64,000 nt of DNA from Octopus bimaculoides. Lineage: Eukaryota. Location of the stretch: assembly GCF_001194135.2 (NCBI RefSeq), contig NC_068984.1, positions 100,223,194-100,287,193 of the forward strand, written 5' to 3'. The notes below the pieces were generated by a model, which saw nothing but the letters and a program-made list of their open reading frames with translations, was not told where the DNA came from and searched no databases. Within the stretch, counting starts at the first letter, position 1. Every line of letters begins with the position of its first letter. This document shows positions 37,406 through 50,616 of this stretch, piece by piece. Both the position numbers and the translations under genes were made by a program.

Positions 37406-37488
37406 CTCATAGTCTCGTGACCTTTCCGACCTTCGATAACAGCAACAAAAATTTGTTAATTCTTCTGTTGTACAAGCATCAAAGAAAT
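37406..37488 (-). CDS. Candidate internal exon (FFDACTTEELTNFCCCYRRSERSRDYE)
   Basis: Strong acceptor ttttttcattatttttccag; only the phase-1 frame is open, matching the donor at 53941; weak GAG|gtagtg donor gives phase 0, matching the exon at 31964. Confidence 0.6.
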
Positions 37489-38566
37489 CTGGAAAAATAA
37501 TGAAAAAACAGGTTCAAAATTAAGAAAAAAAAAACACACTAAAATTGACCCCAAGTGACACACTATTAGCATCAATCTACTTCCATTGCACCCACACCTC
37601 CTCCTATAAAAAAAAAAATTAAATGCCTTGGCTTATCTCATTACAAATAATGAATTGCTCTTTTGTATCTCAAGTCAGCCAAGTCTAAATGTTTATTAGC
37701 AAGACTGATACATCAAAAAATTTGTTTTAATATTTTAAAAATTGGTTTAATTATTTGTTATTAGACATGTTTCATTATTTATTTTTTACATTTTTCAGTT
37801 AGAAATTTCAATATTAAAACACAATTGTACTTAATATATCGTACATATATTGGATTATGCAAAACAAATTTCTTTTAAATGTTTAATCAAAAATTACACC
37901 CGTGAAGAAGGGATTAAAAAAAAACACTGGCTCCAATTATAGTCTCCTCATTAGCAGTTAGTATTGATGGATGTAGTTGTTATAAGTAAACCTTTGATCC
38001 AGCAGTGATTATGATGAAAGATCTTCCAGTCATGCCCATATCTTTTATTCAGCCACAGAGTAACTAGAACTATATTATTCAGAGTCTTTCTTTTATGTAA
38101 GATAACAGGATGTGATTTCAGAGATATTTTCTTGCTATTGCACGTCTACAAGCAATAATGGGGTGAACTAGGCCTTATGCAACATTAACAACAGCACATT
38201 CAATAAAGGCTGCTGTTTGGAAGTTTCTTCACATTAAGCTGATAAGAGATCAACATAGTCCTATAGACAAAATGCTAATAAGGAACCTCAGTTAATTATC
38301 CCAGACCTAGCGCCAATTCTAAGCAACTGAATGTAATGAGATCAAATGCAGAATCTAGTGGAACTGAATCTAAGACAAACGTTCAATGCATGACATACAT
38401 GAAGACTATTACAGAAAACAAAGGACTCACTTAAACCCTACTTATTCCTTAAATCAACAAAACTAAAAGATCCCTTCCTGCCTCTGTATTATCTGTAACA
38501 CGTTTTTATCAGCTCCTTGCAACTGTGTGTGAGTGTGTGTTTGTGAAAGAGAGAGAAGATAAATTG

Positions 38567-39030
38567 TCAGACAATTTTCGTTGATTTATTAATTGCTATT
38601 TTGACACTTTTACTGTCACATATGTAGGGGTCTGATATATGTTCTGGTCTCAATTTCAGTGAAACAAAAGTGTCGCCATCTTTAAACAGTTGTAACAACA
38701 CCAAATCTCTCCTATACAAAACACCATACCATTTTGGAGAAGGACACATTGAAGGTAGTTGGGATTCACTGTACTGAAGAAAAAGAAGGATTCTTCATGG
38801 GTGGAGTGCCTTGGTTCACAATTCAACTAAATCAAGCATATGCTGGAGTTAAACAACAGGCTTAAAGTATTAATGGCTGCACATTCTCAAATTGATAAAT
38901 TAACCCACCAGTTGTGTAGTTTACCAAACTTTCACACAGTGTATGTATTCAAAATCAGTAAGATGGAATGCTTGGTCAATCCAGCAAAAAACCACGAGTT
39001 CAATATTCACTGGCTCTCAATTTCCATTGT
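38567..39030 (-). mobile_element. Possible decayed reverse-transcriptase remnant
   Basis: Stop-riddled frames with loose RT-like motifs (DQAFH, QLFKDGDTFV resembling RYVDDTFV); weak. Confidence 0.25.
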
Positions 39031-39849
39031 CTTTCATATATCCTGTATACACCCTTTCCTTCAACCCAGTATTTATGCCTATTATATACACATAAACACA
39101 CATTAGGCCAGTTAAAGCAGTGATTCCAGTTCATTTGTCAAGGCTGTAGATATTTAGACCAGTTAGGGTCAGCTTTCATGGTCTGCCTACTCACTTCCCC
39201 TCTGGTCTTTCAACTGCCCACAAGGTCATGACATTTGAAGGACAGCATGGGTGCAGTTTCTGGAAGGCACCAGCTTATGGGGGTCATACCAGTTAACTAC
39301 CATTTTAGATAATCCTTTTCTTTTCAAGACCACCATATTTTCTGAAAGATATAGCTGCTATCTTTAGCTGGTAAAGTGACCCTGTAAAAACTATACAAAA
39401 CCAAGCCTTCTCAGTGACCACAAGAAATAATTGTGGTGGTTGACAAAAGGTTTAACTTTACATTTTTATCTCAAGATTTCTATTTAAAACACACTTGCCT
39501 TCATTCAAATCAATACTAATTTATAAACAACAATCTGCAATGGTTTATTAAAAGAAAATGCCTTTTGTCAGTCATCTTAAACTTGGTTCAGTCATTAGAC
39601 TGTGGCCCTGTCGGGGTACTGCCTAAAAGTATTTCAGTTGAACAAATCACAAACCAGCCCCAGTACGTATAGAAAGTTTTAGTTTTAAATACATTTTAAA
39701 AATCTAATCTAATTTTAAATTACATAAGACTTTTTAACAAAAAAAAAAGGTAGTCTCAGATGACTTTGAAAAGTATTAAAACATGGGATTAGTTTGAATG
39801 CCGAACAATAACTTTATTAAGGGTTGTAAATTAAATATTTAATCTATTA

Positions 39850-40500
39850 ATCATAAGGCCTGCATTTTGTGAGAGTAATAATATATTATATAGACTTCAA
39901 TCAATACTTGACTGATTCTTTATTTTACTGACCTAGGAGGGATGAAAGGCAAAGTGACCTTGGCAGGATTTGACCTCAGGGGCAGTAAACAAATACTGCA
40001 TGACATTTTGTCTGATGCGTTAGCAATTCTACCATTTCATCACCCTTCCTACCAATAATAACTGTTTCTGATTTATGCCCAAGGACTGCAATTCTGAGGG
40101 GAGAGATTAGTTGATACCATTGACCTTAAAACTACCTAGTACTTTTATTTCATTGAACCCAGGGGGGTAAACATGAAAAATGGGTCTCAGCACGATTTGA
40201 ACTCCGAGTATAAATGGCCATAACTGAAGATGGCAAAGAATTTTGTCCTATGCTTCAATGATTCTATAAATCCAAATAATAGTAATGGTAGCAAATTTGA
40301 CACAAGGCTAGCGGTTTTAGCAGGAGGGGGTTAATCAATTACATTGATCCCTAGTATTTCACTGGTACTTTACTTATTTTATCAACCAGGAAAGGATGTA
40401 AAGCCAAACTGACTTTGGTAGAATTTGAACTCAGAATGTAAAAAAAAAAAAACAGAAGAAATGTCACTAAGCATTTTGTCTGACACAATGACAATTCAGC
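39850..40500 (-). mobile_element. Cluster of about 3 degenerate family A SINE copies
   Basis: Repeated cacaaggc / ggatgaaaggcaaag / tttgaactc motifs. Confidence 0.6.
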
Positions 40501-40778
40501 AATTTTGACAAGATGAGATGCCTGGAACTGATTTCATACACCTACAGCTGAGGGATATATAAGAAAGACAAAGTTATCCTAAATGGTTTGGAACTGAATG
40601 TAAGCAGACGAAACTAATCACCACAAGGTACCTAATCAAGATTGTATGAAGCATTGTAGGATGAAGGGTAATGATGAACCCTCTATTTTTAATCATATGA
40701 CTGACTGACCTAGGGCTAAACAACACTAATTTCTGTTAGTATTAGTCAGAGGAAACCATGATGTCACGTGTATGTGTG

Positions 40779-40820
<42 letters not shown>

Positions 40821-40909
40821 AGAGAGAGTGATTAGTGGAAAGATTCTTTGTTTTAATCATTCTGTCACTTTACAGACTATCAAATAGCTATACTAAATTC
40901 TTACATGTG

Positions 40910-40949
<40 letters not shown>

Positions 40950-43384
40950 ATAAGAATACGTAGAACACAGTATGTGTGGAACAAACACAGAGTCGTTCTT
41001 TCTCTGTCCCTTTCTGTTTATATTTTGCTATGTTGTGCGTGCACACACGCGCAGACACACCCATCCACGTACAGCAATACGTGTATTTCATCATCTTAAT
41101 GATGCAGAAGTCAGGGTGGCAGCACAGCTAGAAAAAGGGGTGTAAGGAGGCAGGGCTTGGGTGGAAAGTTGGGTAAGTTAAGTAGTTAGGGAGTGGCTGG
41201 AGAAGAATCGGAGGAGGGTGTTGGAGGGAGGAGGAGAAGGGAGAGTGTAAGGAGCTTACCAATAGTGGTGGCGGAAGAGGCAGAATAAGGGAGTGTGCTT
41301 AGCAGAAGTAAATTGTTTTTGAAGCATTGACACAAACATTGAATTACCATCCACTACACACCCCCAACATCCACCCTCACCATCATCACCACAAGGCCAA
41401 CTTATGTAAGTAATCATTTAACCCAGGGTCAGCCCGGATCCAGTAGTCATGATCAAACGCATTCTAAGTGAGACAATTTTGTCTTTGTATATCTAAGGAT
41501 TACATTATCCACTGCATCCGTCTATTTGAAAGATGGCATGATAAATCTGCTGCTATTTCTACCAGGTCAAATTGGAAAGTATGAAAGTTTGTGAGAGGTG
41601 AGGGGGGGGGAGGGAGGCAAGGGGTACATACCAATGGTAATAATTTCAGATTTGTTTGGCGATAAGACATGAGATTCCAGCTACAGACTTCACTCAGGAT
41701 CATCAACTAACTCCCCCACAACCATCACACACCCATACTCAAACAAAATATTTCCACAACCCCATCCCGCACACCATCAAAAATACGTAAGCATTCCTCT
41801 ACTACAAAAAATTCATAGTCCAATAAAATAACACAGACATATACTGACAGCTGTTCACACATTCATACATAGGCTTAAATACATATATGCAGTCTTTGAG
41901 AAAAAAGAAGAAAAAAATAGCCAGATTGCCTTCCCTGTGTGTGTGTGTTATAGTAACATAATACTGTGTGACACCATCTGATTATGGGTGTGAAGGTAGT
42001 GATATTGGGTGGTAAGAAATGGTTCTAGAACTACCAGGGAAGAATGAGAAAGAAAATTTTAGTAATACAAGTCTGTATATATATATATACACACACACAC
42101 ACAAGGATATATATAATGTTTGTGCATTAGGAATAAACAAAAATTGTGTCTCCATTTTCTTTATTCATCTCAACAAGCTGAGTCTTCAAACATTCGTGAT
42201 TTACATTGACAACAGAGAAAGCAGAAGGGAGTAGCCTTATTTTTCTTCAAATATTCTATAACTTAAGAATGGTTGTAGTGGTGCTGGTGTTAGACCAGTT
42301 TGGGAGAGGGAGAGAGAGAATGAAAGCAGTGGGGGTAGAGGGTTTACAGATAAGTTAGAGAGAAAGGGCAGGAGGGAGCTAAAACCATGAAAACAAAAAA
42401 ACAAAACAAAAAATAATAATAATAATAAATAACTAGTGGTGCCAGAGAATCTAAGCTAAGAAAGAGGGTAGTGTGTTGGGAAGAGAGGTGTGAAGGGGTA
42501 AGATGGGGGTGGGGGACACAGTGTAGGGTGTATATCAGGAAGTCCTATGGAATGTAACAGTGGCCTAATTAATAGTCATGCTTTGAAAACAAAATTAGAT
42601 TCTTCCACATCAACGTTTTACAATTTATACAAAAAAAAAAAAAAAAAGGCACTGCACCATACTAAATTGTACTGCAAGTTGTTATTGTTTAACACCAGGT
42701 CAATCTTCATCAAGATGCACCATATGCAAATGTACCCAGAACTACATTGTCAAGGAAATTTGGCTGTTATTTCTACTATATTGAGTAAGGAACATGGAAC
42801 TTACTACTTTTTTTTCTTCTTTTTTTTAACTCAACAATTATTTCTAGCTAACATATTTAATGGTACCTACATTAAATATGTTACTTATATAACTCTGGCT
42901 TTTTTCGGCAGATGTCAACCCTGAGTAATATGTACTATAACTAGCCTAGAGTAGGACACCATGGAAGTCTTATTTGCTTCAGGTCAGTTCTAATTGAGGC
43001 ACACATATGACCATCCCATATTTTTCCTATGTAGAGTGAACCCAACGTGCCAACCCGTCCCCAGTGTTTTCTTTGAATGAAGGTTAAGTGCAATTTGAGA
43101 GATCTGTCTGCTATTTCCAGCAGGCTGAGAACAAGTTGCTTAGTTTGAACACATCACTGCTGATGTCATCAGTTATCAGAAGGATGGAGTGTGTACAAGG
43201 ATGGGTTGGTGAGACAATATTACTAACTAATATTCGGTCACACAGCTAACGGCAGATAACGATTTCAAGGGCATTTTCATTGCACAGCACCTTAGGCTGT
43301 CTTCTACTACAGCCCCAGGCCAACCAAAGACTTATGAATGGATTTGGCAGATGGAAACTGAAAGAAGTCCATTATGTGTGTATA

Positions 43385-43440
43385 GATGAGGGGTTGCTGA
43401 AAAGTTCCTGGCTTTGGGTAAAAGAAAAAACAGGAGGATC
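43385..43440 (+). mobile_element. Mariner-type terminal inverted repeat fragment
   Basis: gaggggttgctgaaaagttcctggc resembles mariner TACGAGGG...AAAAGT termini; partner TIR not seen. Confidence 0.4.
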
Positions 43441-43820
43441 TCTTTTACTTGTTTCAGTCATTTGACTGCGGCTATGCTGGAGCACCGCCTTTAGTCGAGC
43501 AAATCGCCCCCAGGACTTATTCTTTGAAAGCCTAGTACTTATTCTATGGGTCTTTTTTGCCGAACCGCTAAGTTACGGGGACGTAAACACACCAGCATCG
43601 GTTGCCAAGCAATGCTAGGGTGGGGGGCAAACACAGACACACAAATATATATATATACATATATACGATGGGCTTCTTTCAGTTTCCGTCTACCAAATCC
43701 ACTCACAAGGCTTTGGTCTGCCCGAGGCTATAGTAGAAAACACTTGCCCAAGGTGCCACGCAGTGGGACTGAACCCGGGACCATGTGGTTGGTAAGCAAG
43801 CTACTTACCACACAGCCACT
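43441..43820 (-). mobile_element. Near full-length young family B SINE
   Basis: CpG-rich; minus-strand head AGTGGCTGTGTGGT (A box) and GGTTCAGTCCC (B box) through the cttgtttcagtcatttgac tail. Confidence 0.85.
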
Positions 43821-44116
43821 CATTCCCCTCTCAGATTCACATACATTTGCGTTTGTGATTCCTCACCACTGGTGTTGGTTTGTTTACATTCCCATAACTT
43901 AGTGGTTCAGCAAAATAGAGACTGATAGGATAAGTACAGGAGCCAAATCATTACACTAAAATCTCTCATGGTGGTGTCCTAGCATGGTCACAGTTCAATG
44001 ACTGAAAGAAGATATATTTCTGTGTATCTGTATGTATGTGCACTCATACAGTTTCATCACTGTTCTAACATTCATTTAACCACGCCTGCATCTTCTCTCT
44101 CTTCTTCTCTTTCTTG

Positions 44117-44313
44117 TTTAACGTCCGCTTTCCATGCTAGCATGGGTTGGACGATTTGACTGAGTAGTAGTGAACCAGATGGCTACACCAGGCTCCAATC
44201 CGATTTGGTAGTTTCTACAGCTGGATGCCCTTCCTAATGCCAACCACTCCGAGAGTGTAGTGGGTGCTTTTACATGCCACCAGCACGAAGGCCAGTCAGG
44301 CGGTACTGGCAAC
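44117..44313 (-). mobile_element. Family D element
   Basis: Reverse complement of 44787-44922 and 46505-46765. Confidence 0.7.
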
Positions 44314-44727
44314 GGGTCAGAAAATTTACTGAGGCACATTTTCCTAAGATTTGATGCTTTTGTTGTCACCAACTCCCACCTGTTTCAAAGCAAGCCAACA
44401 TTTCCTCTGGTCTTTTAAACATGAACAGCATAATGGCTGGATATATCTTCAGAGAAGACTGAAAACAAAATGACATTGCTGATATGATGGTAATGTCTGT
44501 TTATAATCAGCATGGGACGTCAAGACAAAGAGATCCAAACACACAATAGGCTTCTTTTAGCTCCTATCTACCAAATCCATAAACAAAACTCAGGTTGGTC
44601 TATGGCTCTAGATTATAGCAGTGAGATTGAACCCAAAACAATGTAGGTGTAAAACAAACTTTTTAACCACATAGGCATGTGTGCACCTATATACTCTCTC
44701 TCTCTCTATATATATATATATACACAC

Positions 44728-44786
<59 letters not shown>

Positions 44787-44788
<2 letters not shown>

Positions 44789-44922
44789 CGTTAGGAAGGG
44801 CATCCAGCTGTAGAAACTCTGCCAAATTAGATTGGAGCCTGGTGTAGCCATCCGGTTGCACCAGTCCTCAGTCAAATCGTCCAACCCATGCTAGCATGGA
44901 AAGCGGACGTTTAAACGATGAT
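44787..44922 (+). mobile_element. Family D element, 5'-truncated
   Basis: ggcgttaggaagggcatccagc...ccaacccatgctagcatggaaagcggacgtttaaacgatgat. Confidence 0.7.
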
Positions 44923-46465
44923 ATATATATACATGCATATGCACATACACATACATATATACACATGCATATGCACACATACATATATACATATGAATAT
45001 GCACACATATATATACATATCTATAAACATAGACTTCCACATAGTTTGTGTCTACCAAATTCCGCTCACACTCCCCAGTATTTCGCTGCTCTGTCACTAC
45101 TACTCTATTGCCCAAACCTTCACCGCTAAAGTATACAACTCTTACAATGTAAGCATAAAAAGTACAATTTTAATTCTACCACTTATATACTATACACATG
45201 TACATTCAAAAATGATGATGTGTGTGCATACATATTGTAAAACAATGCTGAATAATAAGTATTCACCTAACCCATGCTGGCATAGAAAAATGGTTGTAAA
45301 ATAAACAAAGAAGCAAGTATGGCAAGCCAGAGTGAGAACAATTATATTCAAACATACACACACACAGACATATATATTTATATGTTTGTATACATACACA
45401 CACATACAAATATATATAGGCATACACATATGCTGCATCATTTATGTCAGACTGCATGATCTCTCCTTACAACACCCACTTTGTATTTTCATATCTTGTA
45501 AGATCAATAAAATAAGCAACAAAGTCAACATAATCAATTAAAATGTTTGAAGGTGCCGCCCCAGCACTGTCACAGTTCAATAAATGAAACAAATAAAAAC
45601 AAATTAAGAAAAGAAGAATAGGATACATGCACTGAACGTATTGAAGAATTGAACTAAGGACGTTTCTGTTTTAAACCAAGTGTGGCTGTTGAGAAAAAAT
45701 TATGTCAATAGTCTTGTATGTTTTATACAGTAGCTCAAGTTAAGGCCAGATTAATAAAACACAGGAGGTCAGTGTTTTGAAGTTGTAGATTGCAGGTAGG
45801 GCTAAAGAGCACTGGAGGATGCGATAGATGTGCTCACTGAAGCAACCATACATACAACACTCAGTTTCACTGATGAAACAAGTACCGCAATGTTTGCATA
45901 TGATGCAGTGTCGGATATTGATACATGAACAAATTGATGTTTTGGGTGATATATTACTGGAATTTGGGATCAGTGATTGATGTAGCATGTGTGGCAAGCG
46001 GAAGTGAAAGTACTGCCTTGTTGGATGTGCTGTAGAAGATGAAAAACTTGCCTTCTCTTTTGAAGGACATGTGGTGCAGGCAAGTTTAGAGCTACAAAGG
46101 GCTCAGAGAAAAGAAACTGGAAGTTGCAGAGAAGAGTGTTTCAATAGGAAGGTGGCCAAAGAAAGAGTGAAGAGGTGCAAGGAAGACAAGAATGGTTATG
46201 GGGTATCACATATATGCAACAATTAAGTCCCTGACTTTTCCTATCATTCTCCACCGTGTGCATGGGCTCATGGATGAAAGATAAACAAACATTATTCTCA
46301 CTCACTCAAAGATTTTTGCTAAAAACATTGCAAGCACCACTTTCACTGACATACTAACTTAAGAAACCAGGAGAGAGTTTCGCAATAAATATCTTTGTTA
46401 ATATAGACTATCACTACTGAGCTGAATGCTTGGATTCAGTTTTTAAAAATACACACAAACACATG

Positions 46466-46504
<39 letters not shown>

Positions 46505-46508
<4 letters not shown>

Positions 46509-46765
46509 CCAGTGCCTTCTCACTGGCTCCCATGCTGGTGGCATCTAAAAAGCACCATCCGAGCATGGTTGATACCAATGCCGCCTCACTGGCCCCCGTG
46601 CCAGTGGCATGTAAAAAGCACCCACTACACTCTCAAAGTGGTTGGCATTAGGAAGAGCATCCAGCTGTAAACACCTTGCCAGATCAGATTGGAGCCTGGT
46701 GCAGCTTCAGTCAAATCATTCAACCCATGTCAGCATGGAAACTGGTTGTTAAACGATGATGATGA
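46505..46765 (+). mobile_element. Family D element
   Basis: Same diagnostic blocks, with a gatgatgat tail. Confidence 0.65.
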
Positions 46766-47766
46766 TAATATACACACATATCAGTTACCCTTTATCTATA
46801 CATAAGTAGTCAAGTCCTTATCTTTAAATCTGATATTAGTAAATATATATATATATACACACACACACCTATATGCACCATACACTCCTATCTCCATGCT
46901 ATCTAGTTGCATATATGTATAATAACAAAATTCAATTTATTCAGAATGACTTGCAAATTCTCAGAAAACAATAAACCCTGTCCAGCAAGATAGAGTGGCT
47001 TTAGATAAAATAAAAAAGTTGATTTATTACACATCCATTGAAAAGGAGATTTCATCATGAAAAAAAGATATAAAAAACATTGCTTTTCTAAGAATACTGA
47101 ACTTCCTGGTTCACAATATTCATGGTGTGAGTGTATGTGATGTTACATTATCTAGGTGTAGTGGTACATACAAGTACTAATATGTTTCAATGATAAATTG
47201 AATGTACTTATATTTTCAGGAAGTTGTAAACAATTTTGAAAATTAAAACTTGAATAAAATATATGTAAGGTTTCAAATTTGTTTCAAAGTCAGTTGCTGG
47301 AATAAATGTCCCATTGATAATGATTTTTGACAACAGGAATTTCTACTGTCTCCCTCTCTTCTCAACCCGGGACATTAAACAAAATCCTGTCCCACTGATC
47401 ACAGTTATCTAGTCTGGTCTTGTGACTGTTAACAAATATTTATCATCTGTTGTACATTCAGGCGAAATGGACAAAATACACTATTTATTTGGCCTTCTTA
47501 ATATTCTGGGTATGAATCCTGCCAGGATCATTTTTGCCTTTCATCCCCATAGGGCCAATGAAATAAAGCATTATTAAAGTACTAGGGTCAACTGAATCTA
47601 CTATACTCCTCTCCAAATTTTATGTTTAGTGTCTATGTTAGAAACTGTGGTAAGTGGCAGTAGCTGGGAGAATTGATAGAAGAGCAAACAAAAAGTCTTC
47701 CACTGTTGAAGTTCCTCTAAGTTGACATAGGTCAATAATTACTGGAGTAGATTCAGTCATGCTAAT

Positions 47767-47969
47767 ATAACTTTTTAGTATTTATAATCAGGCCATATCA
47801 AGCCCAAATATTCTATCTATTGTATGTTCAAACCAACCAGATCCAGCCTCTCACACCTAACCTACAATGTATAAATAAACAATCACATCATTGAAATCTT
47901 AAAGCTACGAGATAATGCAAATAAATAAGCATCACATTTGACAGAGTGATCTGAATGCTAAAGGCTTAA
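47767..47969. mobile_element. TTAA/CCCTTTAGCATT MITE copy
   Basis: Ends ctgaatgctaaaggcttaa; internal homology to 10108-10338. Confidence 0.6.
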
Positions 47970-50574
47970 GAAGAAAGCAGAAGTGATGTAGTGTTGATCA
48001 ATATCTTATAGTACTTATCATCATCAATATTACGGTAAGTGTGATACACTGTTAGAAACATTTGGTGATTTTCCTCAATAGATTTTATCTTACACTGTTG
48101 CAAGATACTAGCAATATATTGAGGTCAATTTAATCAGCCCCACATCTCTCCATGAAACCAATGGCACCGTGCCAATATTTTCAAGACAGCAGTGTCACAT
48201 TGGCAGGATATATGTTTCATAATCTTTAGTTATCTGATTGGGAGTCAACTTTTCCTTCAATTCTTCTGAGGTTGGTATGTCCTAGTAATAAACTGGACAT
48301 TGTTTCGACTCCACATACAACTTTCAGACATTTTACTGATGTAAAGCACCATTAGTGACACCATTTGTAGAAAAATGGTAGATGAAGGTAGGTGCCTCAC
48401 TTTTGGCTTAAATTCAAACAAGATAAGGCACTGCATTTATGCCCTCCAATCTAATTGACACCAGTAATATTATGGCATAACTGAAATTCAAGCCAAGAAT
48501 GCACTTCCATCTCACTATAATAATGATAGTCTTATTACAATTAGACTGCCAGTATTAACATCACCATGATGTGAATGACATTAAGTTATCAGTTGCCATA
48601 ACAAGCATGAACACCTATCACCATAACAACACCTATTATCATTTTTATTTTTCAATTTGCATTTGATGCAAGTTCCTTTCATATATATGACACTAATACT
48701 CTTGCAAAAACAAAACAAACAAAAAGGGAATATCACACTTCACCCTTTCATGACCTTACACCTAAAGAAATATAGCTCTAAGTTTGATCTTGAAATAATC
48801 AAGAATTTGTATCGGCTAAGTAAAATACCTAACTTTTTCATTATTTTGTATATATTAAGCCAGTATTTGAACTACAAATTTAAAAATTCATATACTAAAT
48901 AATGACTGAAGGTTTTAATTTAATTATCAATATTTTAAACCAGTTTTGTATCATCAAGTTCAGGGTAGACTTAGGCAGGTTTAGTATAAAAAGAGTTAAT
49001 TAGTGGCATTGCTTCATTGACAGAAATAGTTTTTTGTGAAATAGGTGTGGGTGTTTTTCTCTTCCTTATTTAGTTGTTCGAGGAAAGCCCAGATCATACA
49101 TAGCTTTTATGTGTTCCAAAACACTGTGATATACTTAAGACAACAAAATTAACTCTTAACATTAGCTTAGCACAAGAGCAGAAGTTTCATGAGATGGCCA
49201 GATTTATTTGTTTTAAATATATCTTATATCATGTCTTTAGTGATTAATAGTGTTGTTGGTTATAGGTTTCAAATGTGAAAGCCAAACTAGAATAACTACA
49301 ACTGCTAGTTTAATGACCCTGGAAGAACAATAGATAAACTAGAATGATGACTGTTAGCTTATTTTATTGATTCTAGAAGGATGACAGTTAAACTGAAATA
49401 ACTACAACTGTTAGTTTATAGATCTGGATAAGATGGCAGGTCAAGTCAGCCAATGGTGTGATTTGAACAGAGAATATAAAGAGACTTTAAAGTAAATAAT
49501 GGTTCCTAACAAAGGTAGAAATATTGGTGAAGATGTATGAACATTGCTTTATTAGTGGTACCTTATCAACCCCACAGAGAATGGGCAGCAAAGATACTAC
49601 AAAGGGGTTTAAACTTACACAACTAACAGTTATGATTACGTAAGATCTGTAGTCCCCTTCCCCCTATCATACTTAGTAATTAGAGTAATCCTTTCTACTA
49701 TAGGCACAAGGTCTGAAATTTGGTGGGACTCAAGTGCTCAACTGGTAGTACTTTATTTTATTGACCCTGAAAGAATGAAAGGCAAGTTGACCCCATGGAA
49801 TTTGAATGCAAAACATAAAGCCAGAAGAAAAACCACTAAGTATTTTGTCTGGTATACTAATAATTCTGCCAGCCTGCCACAAAACAATAAAAAGAACTAT
49901 ACATAAATGGTGGTGCTCCAGCATGGCCACAGCTCATGAGCTGAAACTAGATAAAATGAAAATGAAAAATGAATTAATTAATATTTGCTTCATTTAAAAC
50001 AGCTAAAATAGAATTGCCACAACCTTGTAGGTTATTCACAAAGAAAGAGGACAATTGACTGAATTGATGCCATTAAATTATTGCTGCTCATTTTACTGAT
50101 GATGTCCAGAAGAATGAAAGGTAAAGCTCATGCTAACAAGATTTAAACTTGGAACAGAAAAAAACTATTATTGTTATAGTTTATTATCATCATCATCATT
50201 ATAATTATTATTACTGAAGTGGATTAGCAGAATCATTAGAGCATTAGAAAATCTTACTTAAGTCAAGTTTGCCTTTTGTCCCTAACCCTAGACTTTAAAA
50301 TTGTTGGCATTGTGCCTAAATTAGAAATTAAGTACCACTGACAGTATTACTAAGATGGTGGAGAATTTGCAGAATCAGAAAAGCTATTAGACAAAATATT
50401 AGGCCGTATTATGTCCCCCTGCATTAAAATTCAAATCTTGTTGAAGACAAATTTATCATTCATCATTTCAGGGTTGATAAAACAGTACCAGCCAAGTACT
50501 GGAATGTTAACTTCACTTGAATTTACAGCTTTTTGTCTACATTATAAATGAATTCTTATTAGAATCAAGAGCAC

Positions 50575-50616
<42 letters not shown>

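Noticed and set aside
38730-38773. 44-nt segment with a good acceptor (ccttctttttcttcag) and donor (gtatgg) on minus
   Set aside because: Gives an immediate stop in the phase-1 frame and sits inside a probable decayed RT remnant; could only be a poison or alternative exon, with no supporting evidence
45740-46260. Higher-GC unique stretch, possibly a DNA transposon remnant
   Set aside because: No diagnostic motif or paired TIR could be established
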